Shown piece after piece: positions 40,340 to 52,293 of a stretch of 64,000 nucleotides of DNA (positions within the stretch are counted from its first letter, which is position 1; each line of letters begins with the position of its first letter). Made by a program: the position numbers and the translations under genes. A model generated the notes under the pieces. The model saw only the letters and a list, made by a program, of their open reading frames with translations, searched no databases and was not told the origin of the DNA. The DNA comes from Paraspadella gotoi (taxonomy: Eukaryota > Animalia > Chaetognatha): contig CM119266.1 in the NCBI GenBank assembly GCA_051294375.1, positions 9,990,538 through 10,054,537 on the forward strand, in the 5' to 3' direction.

Positions 40340-41600
40340 ACCATTGGAGCGAAAAAATCTTCTTCATTTGTAGACTGAGATTCAACATTAGGTTTACTGC
40401 TACGTTGTTTGAGATTCTCATAAAACACGTGGATTCCTCGTGTCTGGTCGCCCAAAGTTGTTAGCCAAATCGTCTTGGTCCGTTCGTAAGTTGACAAGAA
40501 AACCGTGTTTTCCCTCCATGTCCTTGTTTACTTTTCGTGGCGCCATCGAAGATCATCCTTTTCGCCCTCGGGCCTTTGTCGCCGCTATCGAACCATTGGG
40601 TTACCTGAAATTTATCCGGGAGATATATAGCCGAGTCCCCACCATGGTTTCGTCGCGGTTTCGTCATACGTAATTTAGAAAGGACGCCACCACCTATCTA
40701 TATTTTCGTTCCACAGTGAGCGCCTCACTCTCGTTCTCTCGTTCTGATAGTGTGGAATGGTGCACATACCTGAGGGTTCGCTCTTTCTGTTTGTGAATCG
40801 ACGTGGCGGAAGGACGCAGGCCCCTCCGCGGATGCACTGTCGTCTTTATTTTATGAACCGCCGGAGTTGCGCCATATTTAACGTGGCTCCGCTAATGCCT
40901 TCCCATCTTCCCTCGCTCTGGAATTTTCCTCTTGGCCAATGGACGATACTGTTCAATGCTCTCTTGCCCGATGAAGCGATTTCGGTTGAACTGGTGGAGT
41001 TTGTTCGGAATTGTTTTGCAGTATACCAAGAGAGTTGTGCGGAAAGTTGCCATGGCCTACGACCGATCCAGTGGTGTCCGACCATTATTGAAACTCCCTA
41101 ATCATGATCGGAGCCTCTTCCGGCAGCGTTCCGTCAATCGAGTAGGCGGCGGCCTCTCGATCTTTGATCGGAAGCACTCAGGCGTTCGTCTATCGGCTCG
41201 CAGAAGACGTCTTCTTTAATTCTTCCTTATGGCGAGCGTCTCGAGTTCATACGGTCGCCAACTTTGCCAGCGACGCAGCACAAAAGCACTCCAGCCGAGA
41301 AAAGGCTGGCAGCGTGCGCAATTGTGCTGCGCACTAGAGGAGGTATCTGGTCAACCGCCGGAAATCTCGCAGGATTGGTTCGACGCGAGGAGCGATGATC
41401 GAGCGGAAGCGTCCGTAGTGTTCGAATTCACAGTCTCCACGTCTTCGGGTGGCTCTGTCAACTGGTTTGTCGGTTTCGTAAGCCCGTCATGACTTTCGCG
41501 AGGATCCCTCTTAATGAGACCAGGATTTTTTCCACGCGTACTTAAGCATCGCGGAGGTGCGTCGGTTTAGCAAGATCGAAGCGGCGCTCATGTCGTCGTA
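40340..41600 (-). mobile_element. Decayed Ty3/Gypsy pol fragment (RT connection, RNase H, integrase core and C-terminus)
   Basis: Minus-strand translation: 'QLTEPP...TTDAS' (TDAS = 41416-41405); 'RPYELETLAI' (YELETLAI = 41251-41228); 'PPPTRLTER' (cf. RNase H P-x-x-RL-x-RW); 'NSIVH...FQSEGRWE...TLNMAQLRRFI' (cf. integrase NGI-x-H...PQSNG-x-x-ER..TLK-x-x-LR); 'WFDSGDK...TNGP' and 'TIWLTTLGDQTRGIHVFYENLKQ' (cf. integrase tail F-x-x-GD, GPY, HV-x-x-LK). RNase H before integrase is the Gypsy/BEL order. Confidence 0.75.
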
Positions 41601-42572
41601 TTCACTTCGCGAGCTTTGTAATATATGTTTCTTTCTGACAAAAAAAAATATTTTTCGCTGATTACTAAAGATAACTTAAATGTTACTTCACACAATTTCA
41701 CATGTAATTTCATAATACTTGCGATAAGCTGCAGAGAGCGTCCTCTAGTGAAGAGTTCTTTTTTCGGGACGCCACTTTGCTTATGAATTTAATAGCCAAC
41801 GTTTCTCGGAATTACCCAGTTGGAAAATGGAAAACGCGATAAGCGTTCCCAAAAATTGAGCATTAACATTTCTGCCGAAATGATGAAATCTATTTTTTCC
41901 GCGAAAGAAAAAAATAGATTGGCTTGTGTTCGTAGTTTGTCTTCTAAACGAAAAAAAACGAAGATAGCAAGAAAGCATCTAAACTCTCAAGCATAAAGAA
42001 CAACTGCTACAAAATGAATTTTATTGAATTAAAAATTACCAACACAACTAATAAACACCATGACAACGAGTATCTTTGAACTCCCCTATTTCATATGATT
42101 TTACTTGTTATATGGAGAAGCGATTTAATCATAACTGATACAACGCGACCAGTTTAGTACTTTAGACGTCTTTACTCGTGTGTTGATTAATAAATTAGCA
42201 TTAGAATTAGCATTTTAAAACAAATCATAAAATAAGAATTTATAGCTTAAATTAATAAATTAAAATTTATTAATAAATGCCAAATCCTAACGTAATTAAT
42301 TGTATAAATTTATATGTAACTCTCGACACCGCCTAGACGAAAGATGGTAGAATTTTGAAATATTCCTCCAAAAATGTTATTCGAAAGCCCTGAGCTAATT
42401 GAAGCCGGTAAGAGATGTCACTCAGTACGTTAGTCTGAGTATTATTTCCCCGAGAGACTAGATGACTGAGAGAAGTGATACTTAAGAGGAGAGATGAAGG
42501 AGCTTCAAGTGGTGTGTCTTCTGCAATTTACTGACTGCCTAAAAGTTAAAGTAAATATCTTGTAAAACTTAC

Positions 42573-42710
42573 CTGTACAGTCGCTAATGCTTGATAATTT
42601 GTGATTTTACAAGGACAGTGTGCATTGCAAAAGAAGGATGAAAGACATTCATCTAGGAAACAAGAGAGTGACAGCCAAGAAGGACAGGGATTGCAAAGAG
42701 GGAAGGACAT
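42573..42710 (-). other. Candidate spliced exon (138 bp, symmetrical, one frame open)
   Basis: Minus strand has acceptor ...ttctttaattcttctctcTAG| (ct at 42711-42712) and donor CAG|GTAAGT (ac at 42571-42572). Frame 0 reads MSFPLCNPCPSWLSLSCFLDECLSSFFCNAHCPCKITNYQALATVQ with no stop. No homology recognised. Confidence 0.3.
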
Positions 42711-43192
42711 CTAGAGAGAAGAATTAAAGAATGGAAGAAACTGAGTCACAGCTGAGAACAAATGAACAGTCAGCGGAATTCAGCTCAGTTGAAAACGCAC
42801 TGTTCTCATTTGAAATATGTAAATTGATTTTGAAGGTTGTGATCTTCAGTGTAGCACGAAGGGAAGAAGAAAAAAAGGTTAGGAGAAGAAGAAAAAGAAG
42901 AAGGAGAAGAAGGAGAAGAAGGAGAAAAGGAAAATAAGAAGTTTTCTTTTTTCTAATTTAAAAAAAAAGAAAGATATCGAAAGAGATGCGATTCTGTCGA
43001 TGGATAAGTCGGCATCCTCTTGGCGATGACCCCCATCTCTCCGCAGTCGCCCTTTTTTCATTCTTCACTTGCCTCCCCGAAAACAAAAAGATGAGAGAAG
43101 AACTAGTGAGTTCAATGGGGTGGGAGTGGGTGTCTGTAAACAGCCCAGTGAGCGGTTTTTGGTGTCGATGGCATTGGTTCGCTCTTCCGGAA

Positions 43193-44000
43193 TAGGCACA
43201 GGGGATGATTGCAACAGGAGGGAAGGAAATCTAGATCGAGAAAGAATTTAAAGAATGGACTAAGAAAACTGAGTCACAGCTGAGAAACAAACATGAACCG
43301 TCAGCGGGAATTACAGCCTCTAGTTTGAAAACAACCCGCACACTGTTTCTCATTTTTTGAAATATGTTTTTTAAAGTGTCGGATTTTGCCAACGTTGCTC
43401 ATCTTGCAGCGTGTTCGATTAGGCAGATCAGATTTTGACAAGGTTGTATGCTGAATGAAAAACATCATCAAGTATTTTTTTTTATATAATTTTGTCTAGC
43501 CCACGAAGGGGACAAGAAGAAAAGCGGGAACAAAAAAGGGAGTAGGCGAGCAAGATGAGAGAAAACAAAAGGGAAAGAAAAAAAGAAGGAACAACGGACA
43601 AGCAGAAGCAGAAAGGGAAGGGAGAAGGAAAAGGAAAGAAGCAACGGAGGGGAAAAAGGAAAAAGGGAAGGGGAGAGGAGGAAGGAGAAAGCAGAAGAAG
43701 AAGGGAAGGAAAGCGGAGGAGACGAAGGGGGGTGGAAGGAGGAGAACGGAAGCCGAGAGGGAAAACGGGAAAAAAAAATAAGAGGAAGTTTTCTCTTCCT
43801 TTTTTTCCTAGAGTTTTAAAAAAAAAAAAAAAGATATCGCCGAAGAAGAGGATCATGAGCAAGCTAAAAGCATTGAATGTGCGATTCTGCTCGTTCCTGC
43901 AAACAATTGATGATCGCATGCTTTTTATTCGTTATAAGTCCGGCATTCCTTGGTGCGAGGATGACCCCCATCTCTATTCCGGACTCCCCTTAAACCTTTC
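43193..44000 (+). repeat. Noisy direct copy of ~42680-43050 ahead of a 25-N gap
   Basis: 'aactgagtcacagctgagaa' at 42739 and 43267; 'taagtc(c)ggcat(t)cct...gatgacccccatctct' at ~43005 and ~43935. Confidence 0.85.
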
Positions 44001-44477
44001 GACCCCTTTACTCTCTCTGTCTCTCTCGTCTCTCTCCGTCTCTCTTCTCTCTCTCTCTCTCTGCTCTCTCTCCTCTTTCCTCCCTCTCTCTCTCTCTTTC
44101 TCTTCTCTCTCTCNNNNNNNNNNNNNNNNNNNNNNNNNGGTACCTTACCCTACTTCGACCCCGTTATACCTGCTCTCTTCTCCTCTCTCTCTCTCTCTCT
44201 CTCGATCTCCGTCTCCTCTCTTCTCTCCTTTCGAATAAACAAATGAAGTATTTCTTGGAAACCAGTCTGAAAAATCTCCTACCATGTGGAGGATGTTTTG
44301 CAGTAGCTTTTGCTAGCGAGAGAGTCGACAAAAACAGCGAGCATTCGTACCTCTTTGACTCACATCACTTCTCTCTCTCTCCCTTTCAATAACAAAATGA
44401 AGTATTTCTGGAAAACCTGAAAATCCTCCCGGGGATTTTCGTCGAATCGAAAAAACAGCGAAGATCTACTTTTGACA

Positions 44478-45457
44478 TCACGTGATCGAAAATGTGATCA
44501 GATTTTGATCGATGGAACAATCTCATTGTTTTCTCACAGGATCGACTTCAGGGAGGGTAAGGTGGCAGGGGCGTGTCCCCAGTTGGGCGCGAGAAAACTG
44601 GGAATACTTTTGAGATGTGTTTCTACGGGTACCAGATGCCTTCAAGGAACAAAAGTTTGACGTCATGACTTGAATAAAAAAAAGATTATGTACAGCAAGT
44701 AATGATAATAATATAAATAATAAAAAAATTCCGACCGCGATGACTCTGCGTCGGCGAATATTTTCTCCATCCGCTCAACAAATACAGCCAATCAGTGTAA
44801 ATTCTTCGCTCCCTTTCTATTCGACCAATCACAGAGCGAGAGATCCCGGCGATCCCGCGCGATTTGCCTAATTAGCGCCAACGATTGTTTTTCCTCAATG
44901 TAAACAAAATGGCGCCGTATTTTTTTTTCCCTTTCTATCAAGATCCGTCGAGTATTCCTGAAATTACACACAGCCAATCGGCGTCGGCAAAATCTCTCCG
45001 CCAATCAGGACCCCCGGTCACGGGCCAATCAGCGAATCCCAGTCTCGACCGACGAAAGAAGAAAGAGAGTCGAGTTTTATCTCTCGTCGTTTAACGATCG
45101 NNNNNNNNNNNNNNNNNNNNNNNNNNNNNNNNNNNNNNNNNNNNNNNNNNNNNNNNNNNNNNNNNNNNNNNNNNNNNNNNNNNNNNNNNNNNNNNNNNNN
45201 NNNNNNNNNNNNNNNNNNNNNNNNNNNNNNNNNNNNNNNNNNNNNNNNNNNNNNNNNNNNNNNNNNNNNNNNNNNNNNNNNNNNNNNNNNNNNNNNNNNN
45301 NNNNNNNNNNNNNNNNNNNNNNNNNNNNNNNNNNNNNNNNNNNNNNNNNNGAGAGTTTTCTTTTTGGACTTAGACTGTGAGAATGAAGCGAAAAAACGCG
45401 GGGGAAAAAGCGGATAAAAAATAAGCGACGGATTTTGGCTTCGCGACTGCGCATGCG
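44478..45457. promoter_or_regulatory. Promoter-like cluster of general transcription-factor motifs (NF-Y x5, YY1, Forkhead, CRE, E-box, NRF1)
   Basis: CCAAT at 44788, 44825, 44974, 45001 and 45025, all in the same orientation with NF-Y-like flanks (RCCAATCR). CAAAATGGCGCC at 44905-44916 overlaps TGTAAACA at 44899-44906. TGACGTCA at 44658-44665, TCACGTGA at 44478-44485, TGCGCATGCG at 45448-45457. CpG-rich. Confidence 0.7.
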
Positions 45458-46307
45458 TGAGAGGACGATGAACCCAACGATTTCTTGGGTGTTTCAAGAT
45501 GCCGTGCGATTTGATGTGCTATTTATGTGCTGTGATGTGTTGTTGAGCGATGTATAATTTGACAATGGAACGGTGATGTTCTCTGATTTGTTAAGGCTTT
45601 CAAAAGTCTTATTTTGACAGGGTAAATGATAAGTTTATGATCGATTTTTGAGAATTTAATGAAGAAAATAAAATTAAAAATCAGTCGGTACTGATTCAAT
45701 TAGTTGTTGAGAAACTATTAATATTAATTTTTAAGTAGCTTAGGGAGTACAATTTCAAAGCCCAGGGGCCCATTTTAAAAAACCGATATTGCGGTAATTG
45801 GCAACGGAGTCTGATTTTCAAGAATTCAAGAATTTAATTGTGACTCTCAAGACGATCTCTATCTTTAGATTTCTAGAGAGAGAGAGAGAGAGAGAGAGAC
45901 GCTCCGCTCCCAGTGCACTAAAAACAATTACGGAAAAAGTGCAGTCAAAAATTCAACATCTTAATATCACAATATTAAATATGCGATCAAAATATGCGGT
46001 CAAGCATCTCGAACTTCCTTCCGAAATTCGCTATTCCTCGAGATTCGCCAGGATATGGCGCCTCATAAAAAATCCCCTCTTTCGCATTCAGATCAGAATT
46101 TTTATGCGGCTCAAATGTCCGATGCTTCGATGGGCGTCGCAGCGGTCGTTTTCGACGCCTCGATTTCGATCTTAGCTCCCATTTTCATACCCTTCTCCCC
46201 TTTATTAACTTTTTTATTTATTTATAAGTTATTTAACAATTCATAGTACTTTTTATGTTTTTCCTTTTTCTCCCGCCCTAACATTTGTTTTGAGATTTTC
46301 TTAGATA

Positions 46308-47227
46308 CAAGCGTGACACACGAGAGCTCCGCCGCTAAAAAAAATCGTCAAACTGTAAAAAGCAAGATTTTAATTTTAATCTGAAAATTTTTTCTATTTA
46401 TAAAACACCTAAATCATTGATATATCAAAAATTGTTTATTGATGGTTCATGATTTGACTTGACAGGGAAAAAGTTGCTTTAAAAAATTGTATTTCATTTT
46501 ACAAATAAATATTTTTTTTCAATCTATTTGTCTAACTTTATGAACATTTTTAAATAATTTTTACATAAAACCGTATCCAATATCTGTTTGAGACGCTCTT
46601 TGAAAATTTAAGAAATGACATATTTAAGAATATTGTAACATTAAAATTAGCCTCATTCAGCATTTTAATCAGATAATCCAAAATTAAAATAATATTTAAA
46701 TCTTAAAATATATTTTTTTAAATATCTTGTCTATTTTCACTGACCAATTATTGTTTATATAAAATAGCTAACAATAATTTAAAATTATTCTAAACTGAAA
46801 TTCTTTAAGAAAATTTTAATTAATAATTATCTTAATTTTGGATTACCTTTTTATTTAAAGCTGGATAGGCTACATGTTTTAATTAAAGTATTTTTTGTTA
46901 TGCCATTCTTCTTCATTTTTTTAAGAGATTTCAGAAGAGCATTTAAAATTGATACCTTGTTTATATAAAATTATAAAAAATGATTAAAAAGTTAAACAAA
47001 CAGATTGAAGAAAAAAATGAGTTTTAAAATGAAACACGATTTTGAAGACAACTTTTTCTCTGCTCATTAGCCAAGTCAAATCCAAAGAACAAATTCCCAA
47101 TATGAAATTGAATATATAAATGATTTACGGTTTTTACTACAAAAAAATGTTTTCAGATTACAAAAAATCTTAACAATTTTTCAAAATGATTCTTTTTAGC
47201 GGCAGCGCTGTCGTGTGTCACCTGTTG
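46308..47227. mobile_element. Foldback / MITE-type non-autonomous DNA transposon (~920 bp, ~400-bp imperfect inverted arms)
   Basis: Left end gtgacacacgagagctccgccgctaaaaaaaatc (from 46313) vs reverse complement of right end gtgacacacgacagcgctgccgctaaaaagaatc (to 47221). Inner mirrored blocks include gatttgacttg/caagtcaaatc, taatccaaaatta/taattttggatta and tagcct/aggcta. TA dinucleotides flank it at 46306-46307 and 47228-47229. Confidence 0.88.
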
Positions 47228-50200
47228 TAATGATCGTTTTATTCTCTTTCTCTCTCTCCTCTCTCTCTCCTTCTCTCTCTCTTCATCTCTCTCCCCTTAA
47301 TAATTTTTGAAGCCCGCTATACGTTTTTTGCGGCCTTTTTGTTGTTTTCTTCTTTTGTACTGACACTTGAAAATATATCCTCTGATTTCCCGTTCTATGC
47401 CTTCATCCGAATCCCCCAACCCCAACATGACCCACTCCCCATTTAATCACCGACGCGTCCCGGGAAAATGGAGGCGCTCGAGCGGCGGCGTCTGATCCGC
47501 GGTCCGTAAACGCTTCCCGGACGCCCCGCCTTGACCACAAATTCATTCTCGATGGAAACCGAAAGTCGGAGATGGAATCGCCGAAGGATCGAGGTTTGGG
47601 AATACGTCGTCGATTGTTGTTGTTTTTTTTTTGCGTCGTGTTTGTCGTTGTTACTTTTCAAGCATCTCGAGGCGAAGACTCTAGTGCTCATTTGAGGTCG
47701 CACACTTCTCAACGAACTGCATCGGCGCTGTTGGCAAAGCGAGACTCCTAGGGAACCGCCGCCCCAGTGATGGGATGTGGAACTGTCAGCTGTGGGTTTC
47801 GGAAGGCCCCAAAGCCAACAGTGAGACTGCTCGTCCCTCATAATATTGAAGTCAGTCACATAGCTATACGCATGTGCTGGTTAAGGTTGCATTTAACTTT
47901 TTAATTTATAACTAATAATTACGGAGATTTCTATATTTTCGTATTAGTATCAGTAGGAGAACATAATGAACCAACAATCACTATCGATATATTATCCGAG
48001 CCGCACCTAACGGCCAAGCGCGTTTTCTAGGTTCCGGATTAATGCCAATTGCGGTTACGGGCTGAGCGACAAAACGGCCAGCCGCCTAGGTGACTTCTTT
48101 TGACGTAGTCCGCTCGTCGTGTCGTCGTCGCTGCCGACCTGATGCGCTGCCGCGCGGCGTCACTGAATTTTTTATAAAAACTACTGACGCTTTTTATAGT
48201 TGGATTGTACGTGGGAGGTGCTTACTGTTTTTTTTAGAATAAAAATTATTATGAGAAATACCAATCTAACGGACATTTATATAAACTATATAGTGTGACA
48301 CGTGCTCATCACATGAAGCTCACCTAGTTTTTAGAATGTGGTGTTATCAAAAATTTACATATGGCTTCTCGAGTCGTTGACATACTAGCTGACATACCTC
48401 CCCCCATTATACTCAATTACTCCTGCCAGTAATTAGTACCACCACACAACATCCCGTCGGCCTACAGTGAGCTGGCCCTTATCTTTCCTAATTAACCAAT
48501 CACATTAAATATAGGGATGGTGGAACAAAGTACATTTGGCGTCAGAACACCATGTGAATAGACCTGGTCAAAACTCAAGTGTATTCAGGCACATACGCAA
48601 CGACAGCCTTCATATGATATTGCATGCTTAGATTACTACCCTGTGCATGGTCTCTCTAGGACGGGCTTGCTCAATAATCCTGAGTTAATGATCTCTGTTG
48701 GAGTGCTTCTATTGACATTTGCACCAAACCAATGGCGATAATTCGAAATGATGGGGCGGCTAATGTGTCTTGCTAAGAGAGGCAGTGGAGGATGTGTTAT
48801 GGAACAGAAAATGCTCGGCATAAAAAGATATGTAGCTCAATCAAAAATTTTTGGTTTACAGTATTTCTCATTATCTTTGGTGCAGAGAAAGATATAATAT
48901 CCAATACATTAGCTATGTATAGAAAGAGGCATAACGACGGTTTCACTTGTATAAAGCGAGGCGTGCGCTCTAAAAGTTTTATCAATGTATATGGGTAGGT
49001 GAAACTGCAATAAATGGGGATAATAAACTGGAAAATATTCACACTCTTTGGCCTCTGTAACGATCAATCAGCGCGTATTCCATTCGTATCAATGCAAATC
49101 AAATTTTCCATTTGTTGCAATGATACATAAAGAAGGAGGAGAATTCAACACACACTCATCTCCCAGTAGCAACCATCACAAGATCTCTTATTCCATTTCT
49201 CTCAGTCCTGAACGCATTCCCTAGCTAGAATGTTGCGTGAAAGACAAGAAGCTATTCGCCGAAATAAAAGAACCGTTACTCCTGTAGTTCCTACATCGCT
49301 GGTGGAAAACAACCCGCCCAATGCGTATGCCAGCATAGTCTACTAAGGCACGGCGCTCCACAGGTTGTCCTGTCCATCCACATCTCACGGCAGTCGAGCG
49401 ATACAGCCCCACAAAAGCCAAGCACCTATATGTATAGAAGACTTTAGATACGGCCTCCGACCAATCCCAGAGGGACGAAGAGCCCGTTAAGGGGACATCA
49501 CAGGCCACAGATCTCCGTAGCTATGAAGATATGGCCATGGCGTAAACTATAAATTATAATATGTTTAGGCATTAAAACAGAGAAAATAAAACAATCAACA
49601 AAGAAGTAAATTATCGCAACACAAGGGAGAGAGAAAACTGACGCATGAGAAAAAGAATAAAAGAGTACAAACGTGGCATATATAGGCTCAGTATCCACAC
49701 AATCTGTTGAATCTTCGAAAAACGCTACATCATAATTGTTCCTCACAATCCATTACGCCATATATAAGATAATACTGTTGTATGTACTCACGTACAGAGC
49801 TAGCAGTACTTAACAGAAATGATATTAGCACAAAAGACCAGGAACCAATAGTACCCTAGCTAGGACGCTATCGAAGCGGAGATTGATCCTCGGTCAGTGT
49901 GTCTAGTGAGAATCGTGTTTAATGGTGGCAAGTCAATATCAGTGCGGATATTCGTGTGTGAATGTGATTTGTATCGACTAAAGAAACTAGCATGACGCAC
50001 ACGAATTTGACGATTAGAAGATACGGATAAAGCAGCTATCGTCCTCTCACAAGCGTTAGATGAAAGAGTAAGAATGTTCACGAATGCTGAACATATTATG
50101 CGCGATAGGACACCACCGGATACAGACACTCAAATGGGTGAAACGCGAAAACTCTTGCGACGCTGGAAACCATAAAAGAAAAAAAGAGGGAAAAATATCG

Positions 50201-50728
50201 TTTATCACGTCTTCTCTCTCTTTCCTCCACCTCTCGACTACTCTGNNNNNNNNNNNNNNNNNNNNNNNNNCTCTCTCTCTCTTCAACGTTCCCCTGATGG
50301 CCCTCTAACCTTTTACCCCGAACCCGAATTCCCCTCTCGACCTTTTCCTTCTTTGTCAGTCTTCTCAGTCCTCAGTCTGAGGCTCAACTTTTTTTCTTTT
50401 TTTCGCAATTTCGTTTTTCAACACTTTTTCTTTCTTTTTATTTTCTTTTCTCAGCCTCTCTCTCCCCCTTTTCTAATTTCCTGTATGTATCTTATATTTT
50501 ATATTATGTATATTAATATTGTATAAAGTGTCAACTTTTCCCTCTTTTTTTCTGTTTTTTTTAAACTTTCATTTTCTCTTTTTTCTTATTGAGTTTTTTG
50601 TTTTTCATTTCATACTTTATAATTCATAATTTTTAACCACTCAATTTCTATTTCTACGATTTCTACTCTTTAACTTTTACATTTCTCCTTCCCATTTTCC
50701 CATCTTTTCTTTTGCCAACGAATTTCCT

Positions 50729-50994
50729 CAACCTCTCTTTCATCCTCTTCAACCTCTATTTTAACCTTCCCAACCTCTATCAACCTTCCTAATCTCTCTT
50801 TCAACCTCTTCAACCTCTCTTTCAGCCTCTTTAACCTCTTCAACCTCTCTTTCAGCCTTCCCAACCTCTCTTTCAACCTCTTCAACCTCTCTTTCAACCT
50901 CTTTAACCTCTCTTTCAACATATTCAACCTTTTCAACCTTCCCAACCTCTCTTTCAACGTCTTCAACCTCTCTTTTAACCTTCCGAACCTCTCT
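50729..50994. repeat. 21-bp minisatellite (~12 degenerate units, consensus approx. CAACCTCTCTTTCAACCTCTT)
   Basis: Periodicity directly visible; the minus strand reads as heptads LKERLKR or EVEREVE. Confidence 0.85.
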
Positions 50995-51403
50995 GTCCCT
51001 CTCCCCATCTTTTTTCAACCTTTCCCCCTTAAGTATTCCGTCGACGACCGATTGAAGAAAAAAGAAAAAAAAAGAAATTTGGATAATTGATGATTTTCGC
51101 AAGTTTGTCAGATCCGAAGGGAAATTCCGCGTTGGGTCCGAAAATGGCAAAGAATGACGACGACGACAACGACGACGACGATGACAGTGAATAGTGCCTT
51201 GTTGTACTACATTTAGTTGTATCATGGGACGTTGATTTTGTAAATGCATTTTGATGATCAATTACAAGACCAAACTAACAAGCGATCACACAAGCAAGAA
51301 ACAGACAACCAATTTGAAATCGATTTAAGCGGAAGATTTTGCTAATTTGAAAATGAAAATTGCAGTCGTTATTTTGTTTATCATAAGCATCAACATCAGC
51401 ATG

Positions 51404-51410
51404 ATCATCA

Positions 51411-51443
<33 letters not shown>
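51404..51443. repeat. (CAT)n microsatellite running into a gap
   Basis: Directly visible. Confidence 0.9.
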
Positions 51444-52262
51444 NNNNNNNNNNNNNNNNNNNNNNNNNNNNNNNNNNNNNNNNNNNNNNNNNNNNNNNNN
51501 NNNNNNNNNNNNNNNNNNNNNNNNNNNNNNNNNNNNNNNNNNNNNNNNNNNNNNNNNNNNNNNNNNNNNNNNNNNNNNNNNNNNNNNNNNNNNNNNNNNN
51601 NNNNNNNNNNNNNNNNNNNNNNNNNNNNNNNNNNNNNNNNNNNNNNNNNNNNNNNNNNNNNNNNNNNNNNNNNNNNNNNNNNNNNNNNNNNNNNNNNNNN
51701 NATATAGTCGTCGCTGTCGTTGACGGTTCTGTGATCCTTTGCGGCAACAGTTGAGTGTTGACTGTTTACTNNNNNNNNNNGTTCTGTGATCCTTTGACTG
51801 TTTACTGTTTTTGCCAACAAATCCAATTAAGAGGATCGTCGTCGTCGTCGTCTTCGTCATCTATGTCCTCATCATGGTCGTCGTCTTACTCGTCTTTATT
51901 TCCATCGTCGTCATCGTCGTCGTTTTCGTCATCGTCGTCGTCCTCCAACTGCGGCGCCACTGCAGACGAACATGATTCGCGACTCGATAAACTTTATGAC
52001 TCGTTTTTTTTCTCTCTCTCTAAATTTTCCCCCCCTCTCTCGGTCGTGGCCGCTGTTTTGGCTGCTGAGGCTGCTGGGGCGGCTGGGGCGGCGGCTGTAG
52101 CGGTTGTATCGAAAATGTCTGCGGCGTCGGCGGCGTTTGCGGCGTTTGCGGCTTCGGCGGCTTTGGCGGCGGCATTGGCGCCGAAAGAGGCTTGCGGTTC
52201 CGAATTCGAACTTTCGCTTTCATTGGTTACTTGTTTTCTATCCTTTTCTTTGTATCTTTATG

Positions 52263-52293
<31 letters not shown>

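Noticed and set aside
44540-44556. Possible 17-bp + strand micro-exon (ttctcacag|...|gtaagg)
   Set aside because: Such signals arise often by chance; no partner exons identified.
47860-50245. Compositionally even region with several 60-95 aa ORFs
   Set aside because: All frames are interrupted and no homology is recognisable; it precedes a 25-N gap, so it is probably low-quality read sequence.
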